Source: Verrucomicrobiota bacterium
GTDB taxonomy: Bacteria > Verrucomicrobiota > Verrucomicrobiia > Limisphaerales > UBA9464
Length of the DNA: 64,000 nucleotides
Direction: 5' to 3'
Assembly (NCBI GenBank): GCA_947454705.1
Contig: CANGKZ010000005.1
Span: forward strand, 128,616-192,615
The position numbers and the translations under genes were made by a program. The notes below the pieces were generated by a model. The model saw only the letters and a list, made by a program, of their open reading frames with translations, was not told the DNA's origin and searched no databases. This document shows positions 19,064-30,448 of the stretch, piece by piece (the stretch's first letter is position 1; each line of letters starts with the position of its first letter).

Positions 19064-20476
19064 ATGAACCCCGACCCGCTCAATCCGACGCCTCCCCCGG
19101 CCCCCGAGCCCGCATCGGCTCCGGTGGCTCCAGCCGCTCCGGCCGCCGCTGTGGTTCCGTCGACGCCCGAGTTTTTTGTCATCGGCGTGGGCCACTCCGG
19201 GGGTGCCATTGCCGAGCGGCTCGCGATCACCGGAATGACCGGAGCCGAAGTGCTCGCGGTCGATACCGACACCACATCGCTGCGCCTGTTGCCCGGGGTG
19301 AAGACCGCGGCCTTCGGAGCCAAGGCGGCCCGTGGCGGCGGATGCGGCAACGATCTGGCCCTGGGTGCCACCGCAGCGAAGGAAGACAACAAGCTGTGGA
19401 AGCAGCGCTTTGCCGAGGTGCGTCTCGTGTGTGTGATCACCGGCGTGGGCGGCGGCGTGGGCGGCGGGTCCGGACCGGTCATTGCGCGCATCGCCCGCGA
19501 AACCGGTGCCCTCGTGCTCGGTGTGGCCATTCTTCCCTTTGATTACGAAGGCAGCCTCCGTCGGTCCAACGCGGCCGCGGGACTCGATGCCCTGCGTGCG
19601 GCGGCCGATGCCGTGATCTGCGTCCCCAACCAGGGCGTCGCGGCCATGCTCGATGACAAGACGCCGTTGATGGAAATGTTCACAGCTGCGAACGATCTGG
19701 TGGCCCAGAGCGTCTCCAGCATCTGGCGTCTGCTGCATCGTCCGGCCCTGAATCCGGTGAGCTTCGCCGATCTCGAACGCCTCCTGCGCGGACGTCACGC
19801 GGCCAGCGTGTTTGCCGCCGTGGAAGTGAAGGGCGCGGGCCGTGCGCGCGAGGCCTTGGAGCGTCTGCAAAAGCATCCGTTCCTCCAGGCCGGCGACATG
19901 CTCGTGGAGGCCGATGCGGCCCTCGTGGCGGTGGCCGGTGGAAATGACCTCCGCTTCGACGAAGTGCAGGGAATTCAAAACCAGTTCCAGCGCCTGTGCG
20001 AACACGCCCAATTGATGACCGGTGCGGCGGTAGATCCGGCGTTGGAGGGACGTCTCGTGGTGACCGTCATCGCGACCAAGGGCGGAGCCTCGACTCTGGC
20101 CAATGCGGCAGCGGCGCACCCCACCACGACCACGGCGAGTTCCGAGCCGGCGGCTTCCAATGCGGCAGCCACCTCGGAGTCGCCCGAGCGTCTCGAATTT
20201 GAAATCCCCGGTTCACGCAGCGGCGCGGAAACCAGCCCCGGCGGACGCGTCGGGGCGATGTTCGTTCCGCCTGCACCCAATTTGAGCGACGGACAAAAGC
20301 GCGAGCTGGCGCAGCGCCAGATCAAGAATCCGCTCAAGCGCAAGAAGGCCATCCAGACCTTGTTCAAGTTCGATGTCGTGTCGGTGAACCGTTTCTCCCA
20401 GACCGAGCCGGTGAAGCGGAACGGTGAGAATCTCGACGAGCCCACCTACGCGCGTCGCGGCATCGCCCTGAATTGA
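19064..20476 (+). CDS. ftsZ: divergent tubulin-like GTPase FtsZ
   Basis: It is the last gene of the dcw cluster. FFVIGVGHSGGAIAERL, VITGVGGGVGGGSGPVIARIA, ILPFDYEG, CVPNQ and SFADLERLL line up by eye with canonical FtsZ boxes. The C-terminal LDEPTYARRGIAL resembles the FtsA-binding tail peptide. Confidence 0.8.
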   Translation: MNPDPLNPTPPPAPEPASAPVAPAAPAAAVVPSTPEFFVIGVGHSGGAIAERLAITGMTGAEVLAVDTDTTSLRLLPGVKTAAFGAKAARGGGCGNDLALGATAAKEDNKLWKQRFAEVRLVCVITGVGGGVGGGSGPVIARIARETGALVLGVAILPFDYEGSLRRSNAAAGLDALRAAADAVICVPNQGVAAMLDDKTPLMEMFTAANDLVAQSVSSIWRLLHRPALNPVSFADLERLLRGRHAASVFAAVEVKGAGRAREALERLQKHPFLQAGDMLVEADAALVAVAGGNDLRFDEVQGIQNQFQRLCEHAQLMTGAAVDPALEGRLVVTVIATKGGASTLANAAAAHPTTTTASSEPAASNAAATSESPERLEFEIPGSRSGAETSPGGRVGAMFVPPAPNLSDGQKRELAQRQIKNPLKRKKAIQTLFKFDVVSVNRFSQTEPVKRNGENLDEPTYARRGIALN

Positions 20477-20505
20477 TTCGCCCGGTTACTCGTTTCCTTC
20501 GTCCC

Positions 20506-21753
20506 ATGAAACTCCGAGTCCTGCTGCTCGTCGTCCTCTCCTGCGTCGGACTCCGTTCCGAAGCCGCCTTCCGCGCGGGCATCGCGGTCCGCGTCGTGAC
20601 GCCCAATCCGCTCCTGCCGGTCAGCGGTGGAGTGGGTGGATCCAATCCGGTGAAGGAGAAGAGCGGGGAGATCACCGTTCGCGCACTCGTGTTCGAACAG
20701 GACACCACACGCGTGGTGTTCGTCAGCACCGACTTCCTCGGGTTTCCCAGCGTGCTCGGAGAACGGATCCGCAAGCAGGTCCCGGGCATCCCGCCGGAGA
20801 ACATCCTCATCGGTGCGACCCACACTCACAGCGCTCCCGATGCCTACTGCTTTCCCGATGGCAAGGGCGGGACGGGCGGCGATCTCAAGTATCTCGATCA
20901 TGTGGTGACCGAAGCCGCCGCGGCGATTCGCGATGCGGTCGCGGCACTCAAGCCCGCCGGATTGAAATCCGCCACGGGCGAGGCGGCCTCGCGCATTGCT
21001 TACAATTACTACGCACCCCAGCTCTATGATCCGCGCGTCAATGTGATGCAGGCGGTCGGGGCTGATGGGGCGGTGATTGCCACCTTGGTGAACTACGCCG
21101 TGCATCCCGAAGTGTTGGGTGCCGACGCTGGCATTTGCTCGCCGGATCTCATCGGACCGCTCTACGACCGTCTCGCCGAGCTGGGCGCTGGCACCGGCAT
21201 CTTCATGAACTCCGCGCAGGGAGGCATGATCACCGCGGACAATCGTCTGCCCAACGGCGGCGAGGCGCGCGATTGGAAGGAATGCCAGCGCATCGGACGC
21301 CTGCTCGCCGAGGAATCCCTCCGCGTCATCAAAGACGCACCAGTGCAGGGGAATCCCAAGCTTCACGTCGCCGTTCGGAATGTGAAATTCCCCGTGGAAT
21401 CCCCGTTGCTCCTCGCCGTGATGCGCGGATCCCCGCTGGGCTACGCCACTGGCACCGACGGTGCTGTGACCACCCGGATGAACTTGGTGAACCTCGGCAC
21501 CGCGCAGATTCTCACCATTCCGGGAGAGGCGCTGCCCAACATCGGATTCTATCTCAAGCGCAAGATGCGCGGGAAACAGAACTGCCTGTTCGGTCTCACC
21601 AACGACGCGTTTGGATACATCCTCACCGAAGTCGATTGGCAGAGCTTCAAGCGATACGAGTACGTGAGTCGCACCTGCCTGGGTGAGAAGACCGGCGAGA
21701 TCCTCATCGCCGAGGCCCTCAAACTCATCGCCGAAAATCCGGCGGCGGAGTGA
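20506..21753 (+). CDS. secreted hydrolase, neutral/alkaline ceramidase N-terminal-like
   Basis: Signal peptide MKLRVLLLVVLSCVGLRSEA is followed by RAGIAVRVVTP...RALVFEQDTTRVVFVSTDFLGFP...IGATHTHSAPD, which resembles the ceramidase_alk N-terminal fold. A TTG at 20473 is the longest-ORF start. Confidence 0.45.
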   Translation: MKLRVLLLVVLSCVGLRSEAAFRAGIAVRVVTPNPLLPVSGGVGGSNPVKEKSGEITVRALVFEQDTTRVVFVSTDFLGFPSVLGERIRKQVPGIPPENILIGATHTHSAPDAYCFPDGKGGTGGDLKYLDHVVTEAAAAIRDAVAALKPAGLKSATGEAASRIAYNYYAPQLYDPRVNVMQAVGADGAVIATLVNYAVHPEVLGADAGICSPDLIGPLYDRLAELGAGTGIFMNSAQGGMITADNRLPNGGEARDWKECQRIGRLLAEESLRVIKDAPVQGNPKLHVAVRNVKFPVESPLLLAVMRGSPLGYATGTDGAVTTRMNLVNLGTAQILTIPGEALPNIGFYLKRKMRGKQNCLFGLTNDAFGYILTEVDWQSFKRYEYVSRTCLGEKTGEILIAEALKLIAENPAAE

Positions 21754-21767
21754 TTCGCTGAGTCCAC

Positions 21768-21805
21768 GAAAAAGCCCGGACACCGTGAGGTCTCCGGGCT
21801 TTTTG
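21768..21805. terminator. bidirectional rho-independent terminator between convergent genes
   Basis: GAAAAAGCCCGGA-CACCGTGAGGTC-TCCGGGCTTTTTG forms a perfect 8-bp GC-rich stem (21773-21780 / 21793-21800), flanked by an A-run and a T-run. Confidence 0.8.
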
Positions 21806-21818
21806 ATTGGTCAGCGAC

Positions 21819-24347
21819 TCAGGCTTCGGTCGGTGCCATGGCGGCCCGCACGCGCTTCCACGCGGCGACATACATGCCGTTTCCACCGGTCTGCTGCGGC
21901 CACAAGGTGACCTGATTTCCGGTCGGCTCCACGTCGGGCGTGAAGGGATTGCGGAGCAGGATCGGTTCGAAATCCGGGTGCGCCTTGGCAAACGCCTCGG
22001 CCACTTCGGTGGTTTCCGCACGGCTGAGCGTGCAGACCGCGTACACCAGGCGGCCGCCGAGTTTCACGGCGGGGGCCACGTTCTTGAGCATCGAGTGCTG
22101 CACGGCGGCGAGTTCGCTGACGTCGGTCGGCGTCGTGGTCCAGCGGGCGTGGGGGTTCTTGCCCCACGTACCAATTCCGGAGCAGGGGGCGTCCACCAGG
22201 ATGCCATCGAACTGCGACTGCGTGGGCGGGCGCTCTCCGCCATCCCAGTGCGCTGCGCGATAGTTGAAGCACTCGGCACGGCCGGCGCGTTCGCGGAGAC
22301 GGGCGAGACGCCAGTCGGCCCGGTCCGTTGCGTAAATCAACCCGCGGTTGCCCATGCGGTCGGCGAGATGAAGCGTCTTGCCGCCTTCACCAGCGCAGGT
22401 GTCCCACCAGATTTCGCCGGGCTTCGGATCACACAGGTGACCGACGGCCTGCGAGGCAATGTCCTGGATCTCGAACTGGCCTTCCTGGAATTCCTTCAAT
22501 CGGAACAGATCGACCGTGCCGGCGTAGGAATAGCTTTGCGGAAGGGGTCCGGGAGTGAGGGGACCGAGGTCGCCGCTGGCGAACCGGCTTACCAGCGCCG
22601 GCTCGTAGTCGGCGCGGGTGCGGACCCAGAGGCTGGGTTCGCGCTGGAGGGCGCGGAGCCATTCGATGTCGTAGTCCATGGCCTCACGCGTCCACGCGGG
22701 AACGGTGCGCTCCATGAGTTCCGCATCGGGAATGGAATCGGGCCGCGAGGCAAACTGCTCCGCCAGCGTGTGGGCCTGGGCCACGCGAAGTTCGGGCGTG
22801 GATTCCGGGCTCAGCCAGCCCTGCCACCGGAAATTCCGGAAGACGGACAGGCTGATATGCGCCGCGGCCTCGGGGGCGAGGCTGCGACGGCGCTTGAGCT
22901 CCTGGCGCAGGGCCGCATCGGCTGCGAGATCCGGACCAATCTTGGAAAGAATCCGTTCGATGATTTCAGGCACGGTGCGCGGAGTGCCGCCGTCACCGGG
23001 GACCGCGGAGGCCTTGGCCTTCGCCGCATCGGCCGCCGCCTTCAACGCCGCACGCACTTGGGGTGCGGGCTTCGGATTGATGCGTGCCGGCTTGCTGCTG
23101 GTGGATTCCACCTTCGCCGGCTTCGGCTTCTGCACCGGCTCGGGGGCGCGATCGGGCGCGACGCCCGCGGCGCGAACCTTGGGCTTCGGTGCGGCGTCGG
23201 GATCCGTCGGCGGCTTGCGTTTGATGAAGCGGTCGTAGAAGGGACGCGGTGCTTCCGGACGCGCGGGACGCCGGGGCGCAGGAGCGGCGGCGGAACCGGA
23301 TTCGGAAAGCGTGCGCGGATCGAGGCGATCATCTTCGTCATCCGACTCATCGCGCGCCGGGCGTGCCGGAGCGGCCTGGGGCGGGCGATACGCCGGACGA
23401 GCAAAATCACGATCACGATCGCGATCGCGGCCCGGTCGGGGCGGTCCACCGGCTCCCGGCGGACGCGTGCCCTGATAACCGGAGCTGTAACCCTGGTCGC
23501 GGTCGCGATTGCGATCCGCACCACTGCTGCCGCCGCTGCGGCTTTGTCCGTAGCCGTAGCCCGAGCTGGAACCAGAACCGGAACTTGATCCGGATCCGTA
23601 ACCACGCGAGGACTGGCCATAGCCGCTACTACCGCCGCTGCTGTAGCCGCCGCCGCCACCGCTGCGATAACCACCGCCGCTGCTGTATCCACCACCGCCA
23701 CCGCCGCGATAGCCACCGCCTCCTCCGCCACCGTAGGGAGGACGCGAACCCGGAGTGCTGCGCGGACGCGGGCTCCAGTTCGGGCCCTGGTCCTGCGACG
23801 CGTTGGGGTTTGAGTTGGGGTTCGAATTGAAATTGGAATCAGGACGATCCGATCCGCGATAGCCGCCGGCAGGGCGGGAGTATTGCGGACGGGGACGATC
23901 GTACTGCGGACGATCCCCCTGCGGGCGGTCGTATTGAGGACGGTCTCCCTGGGGACGATCGTATTGAGGGCGGTCCGACTGCGGACGGCCTTCGGGGCCT
24001 CCGGCGGAATTTCCACCCCAGAACGGGCGTTCGCCACGGCGGATGGAATCGCGTTCCACACGGCCGGGGCGCGGACCACGTTCGGTACGCATGTTCACTT
24101 CGCTCGTGCCATCAGGACGGAACGTGAGGCGTTCCTTTTCCGGGCGGCCGGGATAACGGGATGGAGCGCGTTCGTCGGGGCCACCGGGTCCGGGAGGACG
24201 TCCGGCGCCGGGGGCGGCAGAACGATACTCCGGACGCTCGGGGCGGCCGGGGGGACGGTCGGATCCAAAGGGGCGGTCAGTGCGGGCGGGCCGTCCAGGA
24301 CGGAACGGCTGGGGGCGGCGATCAGGGCCGCCGTAACGGGGATTCAT
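21819..24347 (-). CDS. RsmB/NOL1/NOP2/Sun-family RNA (cytosine-C5) methyltransferase with a ~450-aa low-complexity RGG/GGY/Pro-rich N-terminal extension
   Basis: The C-terminal ~390 aa carry IQDIASQAV, WDTCAGEGGKTLHLA, ILVDAPCSGIGTWGKNP and LVYAVCTLS (SAM-binding and catalytic Cys motifs). The N-terminus consists of PQYDRPQGDR tandem repeats, GGGGGYRGGGGGGYSSGGGYRSGGGGGY and RDRDRDRD tracts. Its start overlaps the stop of the TPR gene (ATGA). Confidence 0.85.
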   Translation of the reverse strand: MNPRYGGPDRRPQPFRPGRPARTDRPFGSDRPPGRPERPEYRSAAPGAGRPPGPGGPDERAPSRYPGRPEKERLTFRPDGTSEVNMRTERGPRPGRVERDSIRRGERPFWGGNSAGGPEGRPQSDRPQYDRPQGDRPQYDRPQGDRPQYDRPRPQYSRPAGGYRGSDRPDSNFNSNPNSNPNASQDQGPNWSPRPRSTPGSRPPYGGGGGGGYRGGGGGGYSSGGGYRSGGGGGYSSGGSSGYGQSSRGYGSGSSSGSGSSSGYGYGQSRSGGSSGADRNRDRDQGYSSGYQGTRPPGAGGPPRPGRDRDRDRDFARPAYRPPQAAPARPARDESDDEDDRLDPRTLSESGSAAAPAPRRPARPEAPRPFYDRFIKRKPPTDPDAAPKPKVRAAGVAPDRAPEPVQKPKPAKVESTSSKPARINPKPAPQVRAALKAAADAAKAKASAVPGDGGTPRTVPEIIERILSKIGPDLAADAALRQELKRRRSLAPEAAAHISLSVFRNFRWQGWLSPESTPELRVAQAHTLAEQFASRPDSIPDAELMERTVPAWTREAMDYDIEWLRALQREPSLWVRTRADYEPALVSRFASGDLGPLTPGPLPQSYSYAGTVDLFRLKEFQEGQFEIQDIASQAVGHLCDPKPGEIWWDTCAGEGGKTLHLADRMGNRGLIYATDRADWRLARLRERAGRAECFNYRAAHWDGGERPPTQSQFDGILVDAPCSGIGTWGKNPHARWTTTPTDVSELAAVQHSMLKNVAPAVKLGGRLVYAVCTLSRAETTEVAEAFAKAHPDFEPILLRNPFTPDVEPTGNQVTLWPQQTGGNGMYVAAWKRVRAAMAPTEA
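23880..23990 (-). repeat. 30-nt in-frame tandem repeat (~3.7 copies) encoding DRPQYDRPQG units inside the methyltransferase gene
   Basis: GTATTGAGGACGGTCTCCCTGGGGACGATC-like units start at 23880, 23901, 23931 and 23961. Confidence 0.8.
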
Positions 24348-25210
24348 TTCTTGGTAGAGGGGAGGCGTCCGACGAGGCGGAGGGCATGCACCTTGGCGAC
24401 GGTGCCCATGTAATCGGCCGGATCGGCCAAGGGCACCGCAGCCACGAGTTCCTCGCGGGCGCGGTCGGCATTGCCCTGCGCCTCAAAAAAGAGGCCCAAG
24501 TACAAATGCGCGTAAAAGGTCTGGTAGCGGAGTTCCGCAGGCTTCGGCGTGCCCTTGGTGGCGGCGGCCAGCACGTCCTCCGGCTTCAACGTGCCGGCAA
24601 ACAGGGCGTGGATTTCCTTCATCGGGATGCGGTCGTCTTCGCGATAGGGGAAGATCTTCTTGCGCGCCGCGTCGAACGATTGCTCGCGCGCCGTGCAGAG
24701 GAAATGCCACACCGCATTCTCCACATCGCCAGAATTCACGGTCTGGTGAAGCTCGAATTGCTCGCGTCCATCCTTGAAGCGGCCCGCATAATACAGGGCG
24801 ATGCCCCGCTGCCAGTTGTGCGGCGCGGCCTTGGGGAGCAGTTGATTCACCTGGTCGAAATCGGAGGCCGAGTCCTCGAATCGGCCCAATTTGAACCGCG
24901 CCACCGCGCGTTCGCGGAAGAGGAAACTGGACTTGGGTTCGATCTCCAGCGCAGCGGTGAAATCACTCACTGCCTCCTCGTAATTGCCCAGAATCGAGTT
25001 CATCTGGGCCCGCTGGTTGAGGAGGCGGTCGTCCTTCGGATTCGCCTTCAGCCCGGCCGTGATGGCCGCGACTGCGTTGGTGTACTGGCCCGACTTCCAC
25101 AGGGCGTTGGCCTGGTCGAACACCGAGGCCTTGGGGTCCGCGGCAGCAAGCCGCCCAATCGCGAGCACGCAGGCGATTGCGGTGAGAAACCAGGACCTTC
25201 TGAACGACAT
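24344..25210 (-). CDS. secreted tetratricopeptide (TPR) repeat protein
   Basis: Signal peptide MSFRRSWFLTAIACVLAIGRLAAA is followed by repeated TPR-like 34-mers (ANALWKSGQYTNAVAAITAGLKANP, GNYEEAVSDFTAALEIEP, GRFEDSASDFDQV). Confidence 0.75.
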   Translation of the reverse strand: MSFRRSWFLTAIACVLAIGRLAAADPKASVFDQANALWKSGQYTNAVAAITAGLKANPKDDRLLNQRAQMNSILGNYEEAVSDFTAALEIEPKSSFLFRERAVARFKLGRFEDSASDFDQVNQLLPKAAPHNWQRGIALYYAGRFKDGREQFELHQTVNSGDVENAVWHFLCTAREQSFDAARKKIFPYREDDRIPMKEIHALFAGTLKPEDVLAAATKGTPKPAELRYQTFYAHLYLGLFFEAQGNADRAREELVAAVPLADPADYMGTVAKVHALRLVGRLPSTKK

Positions 25211-25288
25211 CAGGGGACGAGTAGAGCGGAAAACGGGCCGTGCCGCGAGTCAAAACTCCGGGGCCAACGGGTTGTCGCACCCGAATCC

Positions 25289-26713
25289 TCAGGTTCCGGC
25301 GAGTTCCGAGATCACCGTGCCGCCCTGCGTGACCACGCGCGGACGGTTCAGCGGATCGAGGAATTCGGCGTCGGGCGAGATGCCGAGCAGATGCAAAATG
25401 GTGGCTGCAAGATCAGGCGGACGCAGCGGACGCGTGTCGGGCTGGCCCCCGATTCGGTCGCTGGCACCGATCACCTGGCCCCCGCGAATCCCCGCCCCGG
25501 CCACCGCGAGGGAGAAGCAATTGCCCCAGTGGTCGCGTCCCCCCTCGGGGTTGATCCGCGGCGAACGTCCGAATTCCCCGGTGGCCACCACCAGGGTCTC
25601 GTGCAGCAGGCCGCGCTCCTCCAAATCGCTCACCAGCGCCGAGAACGTTTGGTCAAACTGCGGGCAGAGCACGTTTTTCACGCGCGATGCGTTGTGCTTG
25701 TGGGTGTCCCAGACCGGATTGCCGGTCATCTGGTCTCCCGGCTCGCGCGGCCAGTTCACCTGCACCAGTCGCACGCCGCTCTCCACCAGCCGTCGGGCCA
25801 GCAGCACGCTCTGACCAAACTTGGTACGCCCGTATCGGTCCCGCACTTTGGAGGATTCCAGTTCGAGATCCAGCGCGGCGCGGGCGGTGGCGGAGTGGAC
25901 GACATCAAACGCCTGTTCCTGGAGCCTGTGGAAGGCGCGCACCGAATCGCTCGAGGCCTGCGCCACGAAGTCGCGGTCCATGCCGCGGAGCAGCGCCGAG
26001 CGGTCGCCGAGGCGTTCGAGCGACACCGATTCGGGCAGGCGGAGCCCATCGATCTCAAACCGCGGGAGCTGCGGTTCGCATTGGAAGAGCAGGGGATTCC
26101 AGACCGGGCCCATGAATCCGCCCGACTGCCCGGGGGCGGGCGGGGCGTTGTCGTTGTGGACGAGTTCCGGAAGGATGACGGATGTAAACGGTGAGCGATC
26201 CGCCGGCTTGAGCATGCTCACCACGGAGGCGAGGCTGGGCCAGTCGTCGGGGCTCGCAGGCACCTCGGCCTGGGCGGTGTGGGGCTGGCCGGTCAGCATC
26301 CAGTAGCCGCTGGCGGTGTGGCTGTTGTTGTCGGTGCACATCGAGCGAATCGTGGCGAAGCGATTCGCGATGGCGGCGGTTTTCGGGAGCAGTTCGGAAA
26401 AATGAACGCCGGGGATCGCGGTGCGGATGGATCCGAATTCCCCGCGGATTTCAGACGGGGCCTCGGGTTTCGGATCGAAGGTCTCGTGCTGGGGCGGTCC
26501 GCCGGAGAGGTAGATGAAGATGCACGACTTGGCCCGACCAAATCCGGTACGTGCCAGCGCGGCGGGGATGATCTTGGGCGTCTCCGACGGACTTTCGGCC
26601 CGGAGGAGGTCGGGCAGGGAGAGTCCGATGGAGGCCAATCCGCCGATGCGCAACAGATCCCGACGCGACCATCCGGCGCAGGGCCGTGGGTGGGAGTCGC
26701 GATCCGGGGACAT
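25289..26713 (-). CDS. DUF1501 domain-containing protein (sulfatase-like fold, Tat signal)
   Basis: The twin-arginine leader is WSRRDLLRIGGLASIGLSL. GGPPQHETFDPKP ... EFGRSPRINPEGGRDHW is the DUF1501 pattern common in Planctomycetota and Verrucomicrobiota. Confidence 0.8.
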   Translation of the reverse strand: MSPDRDSHPRPCAGWSRRDLLRIGGLASIGLSLPDLLRAESPSETPKIIPAALARTGFGRAKSCIFIYLSGGPPQHETFDPKPEAPSEIRGEFGSIRTAIPGVHFSELLPKTAAIANRFATIRSMCTDNNSHTASGYWMLTGQPHTAQAEVPASPDDWPSLASVVSMLKPADRSPFTSVILPELVHNDNAPPAPGQSGGFMGPVWNPLLFQCEPQLPRFEIDGLRLPESVSLERLGDRSALLRGMDRDFVAQASSDSVRAFHRLQEQAFDVVHSATARAALDLELESSKVRDRYGRTKFGQSVLLARRLVESGVRLVQVNWPREPGDQMTGNPVWDTHKHNASRVKNVLCPQFDQTFSALVSDLEERGLLHETLVVATGEFGRSPRINPEGGRDHWGNCFSLAVAGAGIRGGQVIGASDRIGGQPDTRPLRPPDLAATILHLLGISPDAEFLDPLNRPRVVTQGGTVISELAGT

Positions 26714-26823
26714 GCGGCCAAGCTAGAAACGCGGCGCGCGCGAGCCAAGATTAAAGGCGAAAAAGGGCCACCCGGCGGAGTGAGTTAATTTGGAAATCAG
26801 GAAAGCAGGAACCGAAACGGGGC

Positions 26824-26893
26824 GGTTGAAGAGTTGAACCTAAAAGCGGCAGTTCGAACCGCAGATGGACGCAGATGGAGAGGGAGATAGGTC
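26824..26893. repeat. composite repeat: GTTGAA units followed by a lone CAGATG-arm (GGCAGTTCGAACCGCAGATGGACGCAGATGGAGAGGGAGATAGG)
   Basis: It aligns with the left end of the 37199..37373 element (GGCAGTTGAAACCACAGATGAACACAGATTCACACAGATGGAGAAGGAGATGGG). No matching right arm lies nearby. Confidence 0.7.
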
Positions 26894-26995
26894 GCTTGAT
26901 GCGCCTGCAATTCATTCCCTTGCTGGGGGAGTCTCAATCGCGTCCGCCCTCCGGTAGTTTTCTCTCTTAACGCCGGAATTCTACGGCGGGGTGCC

Positions 26996-27131
26996 TCACA
27001 CGTTTGGAGTACCGCGTTTACGCGGCTCGGCTGTTGGACGCGGAATCATCGAACGGTTGGAAATCAACCGGCTGCATGCCGCGAGACACGCTTCCCCGAA
27101 CCGTCTGAAGACGGGACTCCGAACGGATGAG
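26996..27131. repeat. ~150-bp dispersed repeat family, copy 2 (reverse orientation relative to 503..650)
   Basis: The reverse complement starts CTCATCCGTTCGGAGTCCCGTCTTCAGACGGTTCGGGGAAGCG and ends CAGCCGAGCCGCGTAAACGCGGTACTCCAAACGTGTGA, matching both ends of copy 1. Confidence 0.75.
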
Positions 27132-27158
27132 AAAATCCACGCGACAGCATCGAATTCC

Positions 27159-27195
27159 CCTTCAACGCTTCAACTTTTTAACCCTTCAACTGCCG
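27159..27195. repeat. GTTGAAG-family repeat, exact reverse complement of 440..476
   Basis: CCTTCAACGCTTCAACTTTTTAACCCTTCAACTGCCG was read directly. Confidence 0.9.
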
Positions 27196-27463
27196 TTTTC
27201 AGGTTAAAGGGCGCGGGCGAAGTTCGCTCGATCCAAAGCAGTAGGGGACTACCGCAGTCCAAGATCTGGCGGAGTTCGCCGCGCGGGCAATCGAGTCGCG
27301 ACAGCGTCGTGGAGTGCGCCAGTCCTCTGGCGCTTTCGGATGCGGGACGATTTTCAAAGCGCCCACTCCTCTGCGTCTCCGCGTCTCTGCGGTTTGCCTC
27401 CGGAATCGTCGTGCATTCGTGGGGGTCAAAAAACGAAGAAGGGTTGAAGCGAGCCCTCGGCCC

Positions 27464-27499
27464 CCTTCAACCCTTCAACAAGTTTAACCCTTCAACTTC
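27464..27499. repeat. GTTGAAG-family repeat, reverse orientation, immediately 3' of acnA
   Basis: CCTTCAACCCTTCAACAAGTTTAACCCTTCAACTTC. The similarity to 675..709 extends into the following CCA.A.CCCTCAC. Confidence 0.8.
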
Positions 27500-27509
27500 T
27501 CCAGAACCC

Positions 27510-30215
<2,706 letters not shown>

Positions 30216-30448
30216 GTCAATTCGTGGACGTAAACGTGGCTACGGAATGGATCGAAATTCGGAAACAAAGGTGGGGTTTGCGGAAAAGAGCGTCAAGAAA
30301 GTGGGCAGGATCCTTTTGAACGTCCGGACCCCGACCTGCGTCTGGGTTTCGCGGAAAGCCGGTAACGCTTTCCAGGTCGACGGGGTCTTGCCTCCGTGGG
30401 GACGACCTTGCTCCGGACTTCCCGGTGCGGCAGTTTGAACGGACGTCG

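Noticed and set aside
21807-24079. Long alternative-frame ORFs (21807..23588 +, 23042..24079 -, 23249..23830 +) run through the low-complexity part of the methyltransferase gene.
   Set aside because: The repetitive GC-rich tract is open in several frames. Only the 21819..24347 frame is continuous with the conserved methyltransferase core and is coupled to the upstream TPR gene.
27225-27365. This segment translates in one frame to ...PQSKIWRSSPRGQSSRDSVVECASPLALSD.... A second segment, 41285..41460, has CCCAGGCCTTCAGGCCTGGGGC / GGCCTGAAGGCCAGGGC palindromes. Both feel like dispersed repeat families I have seen mis-annotated as proteins in PVC genomes.
   Set aside because: Only one copy of each occurs in this window, so repeat status cannot be shown from the sequence itself. 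I have not listed them as features.
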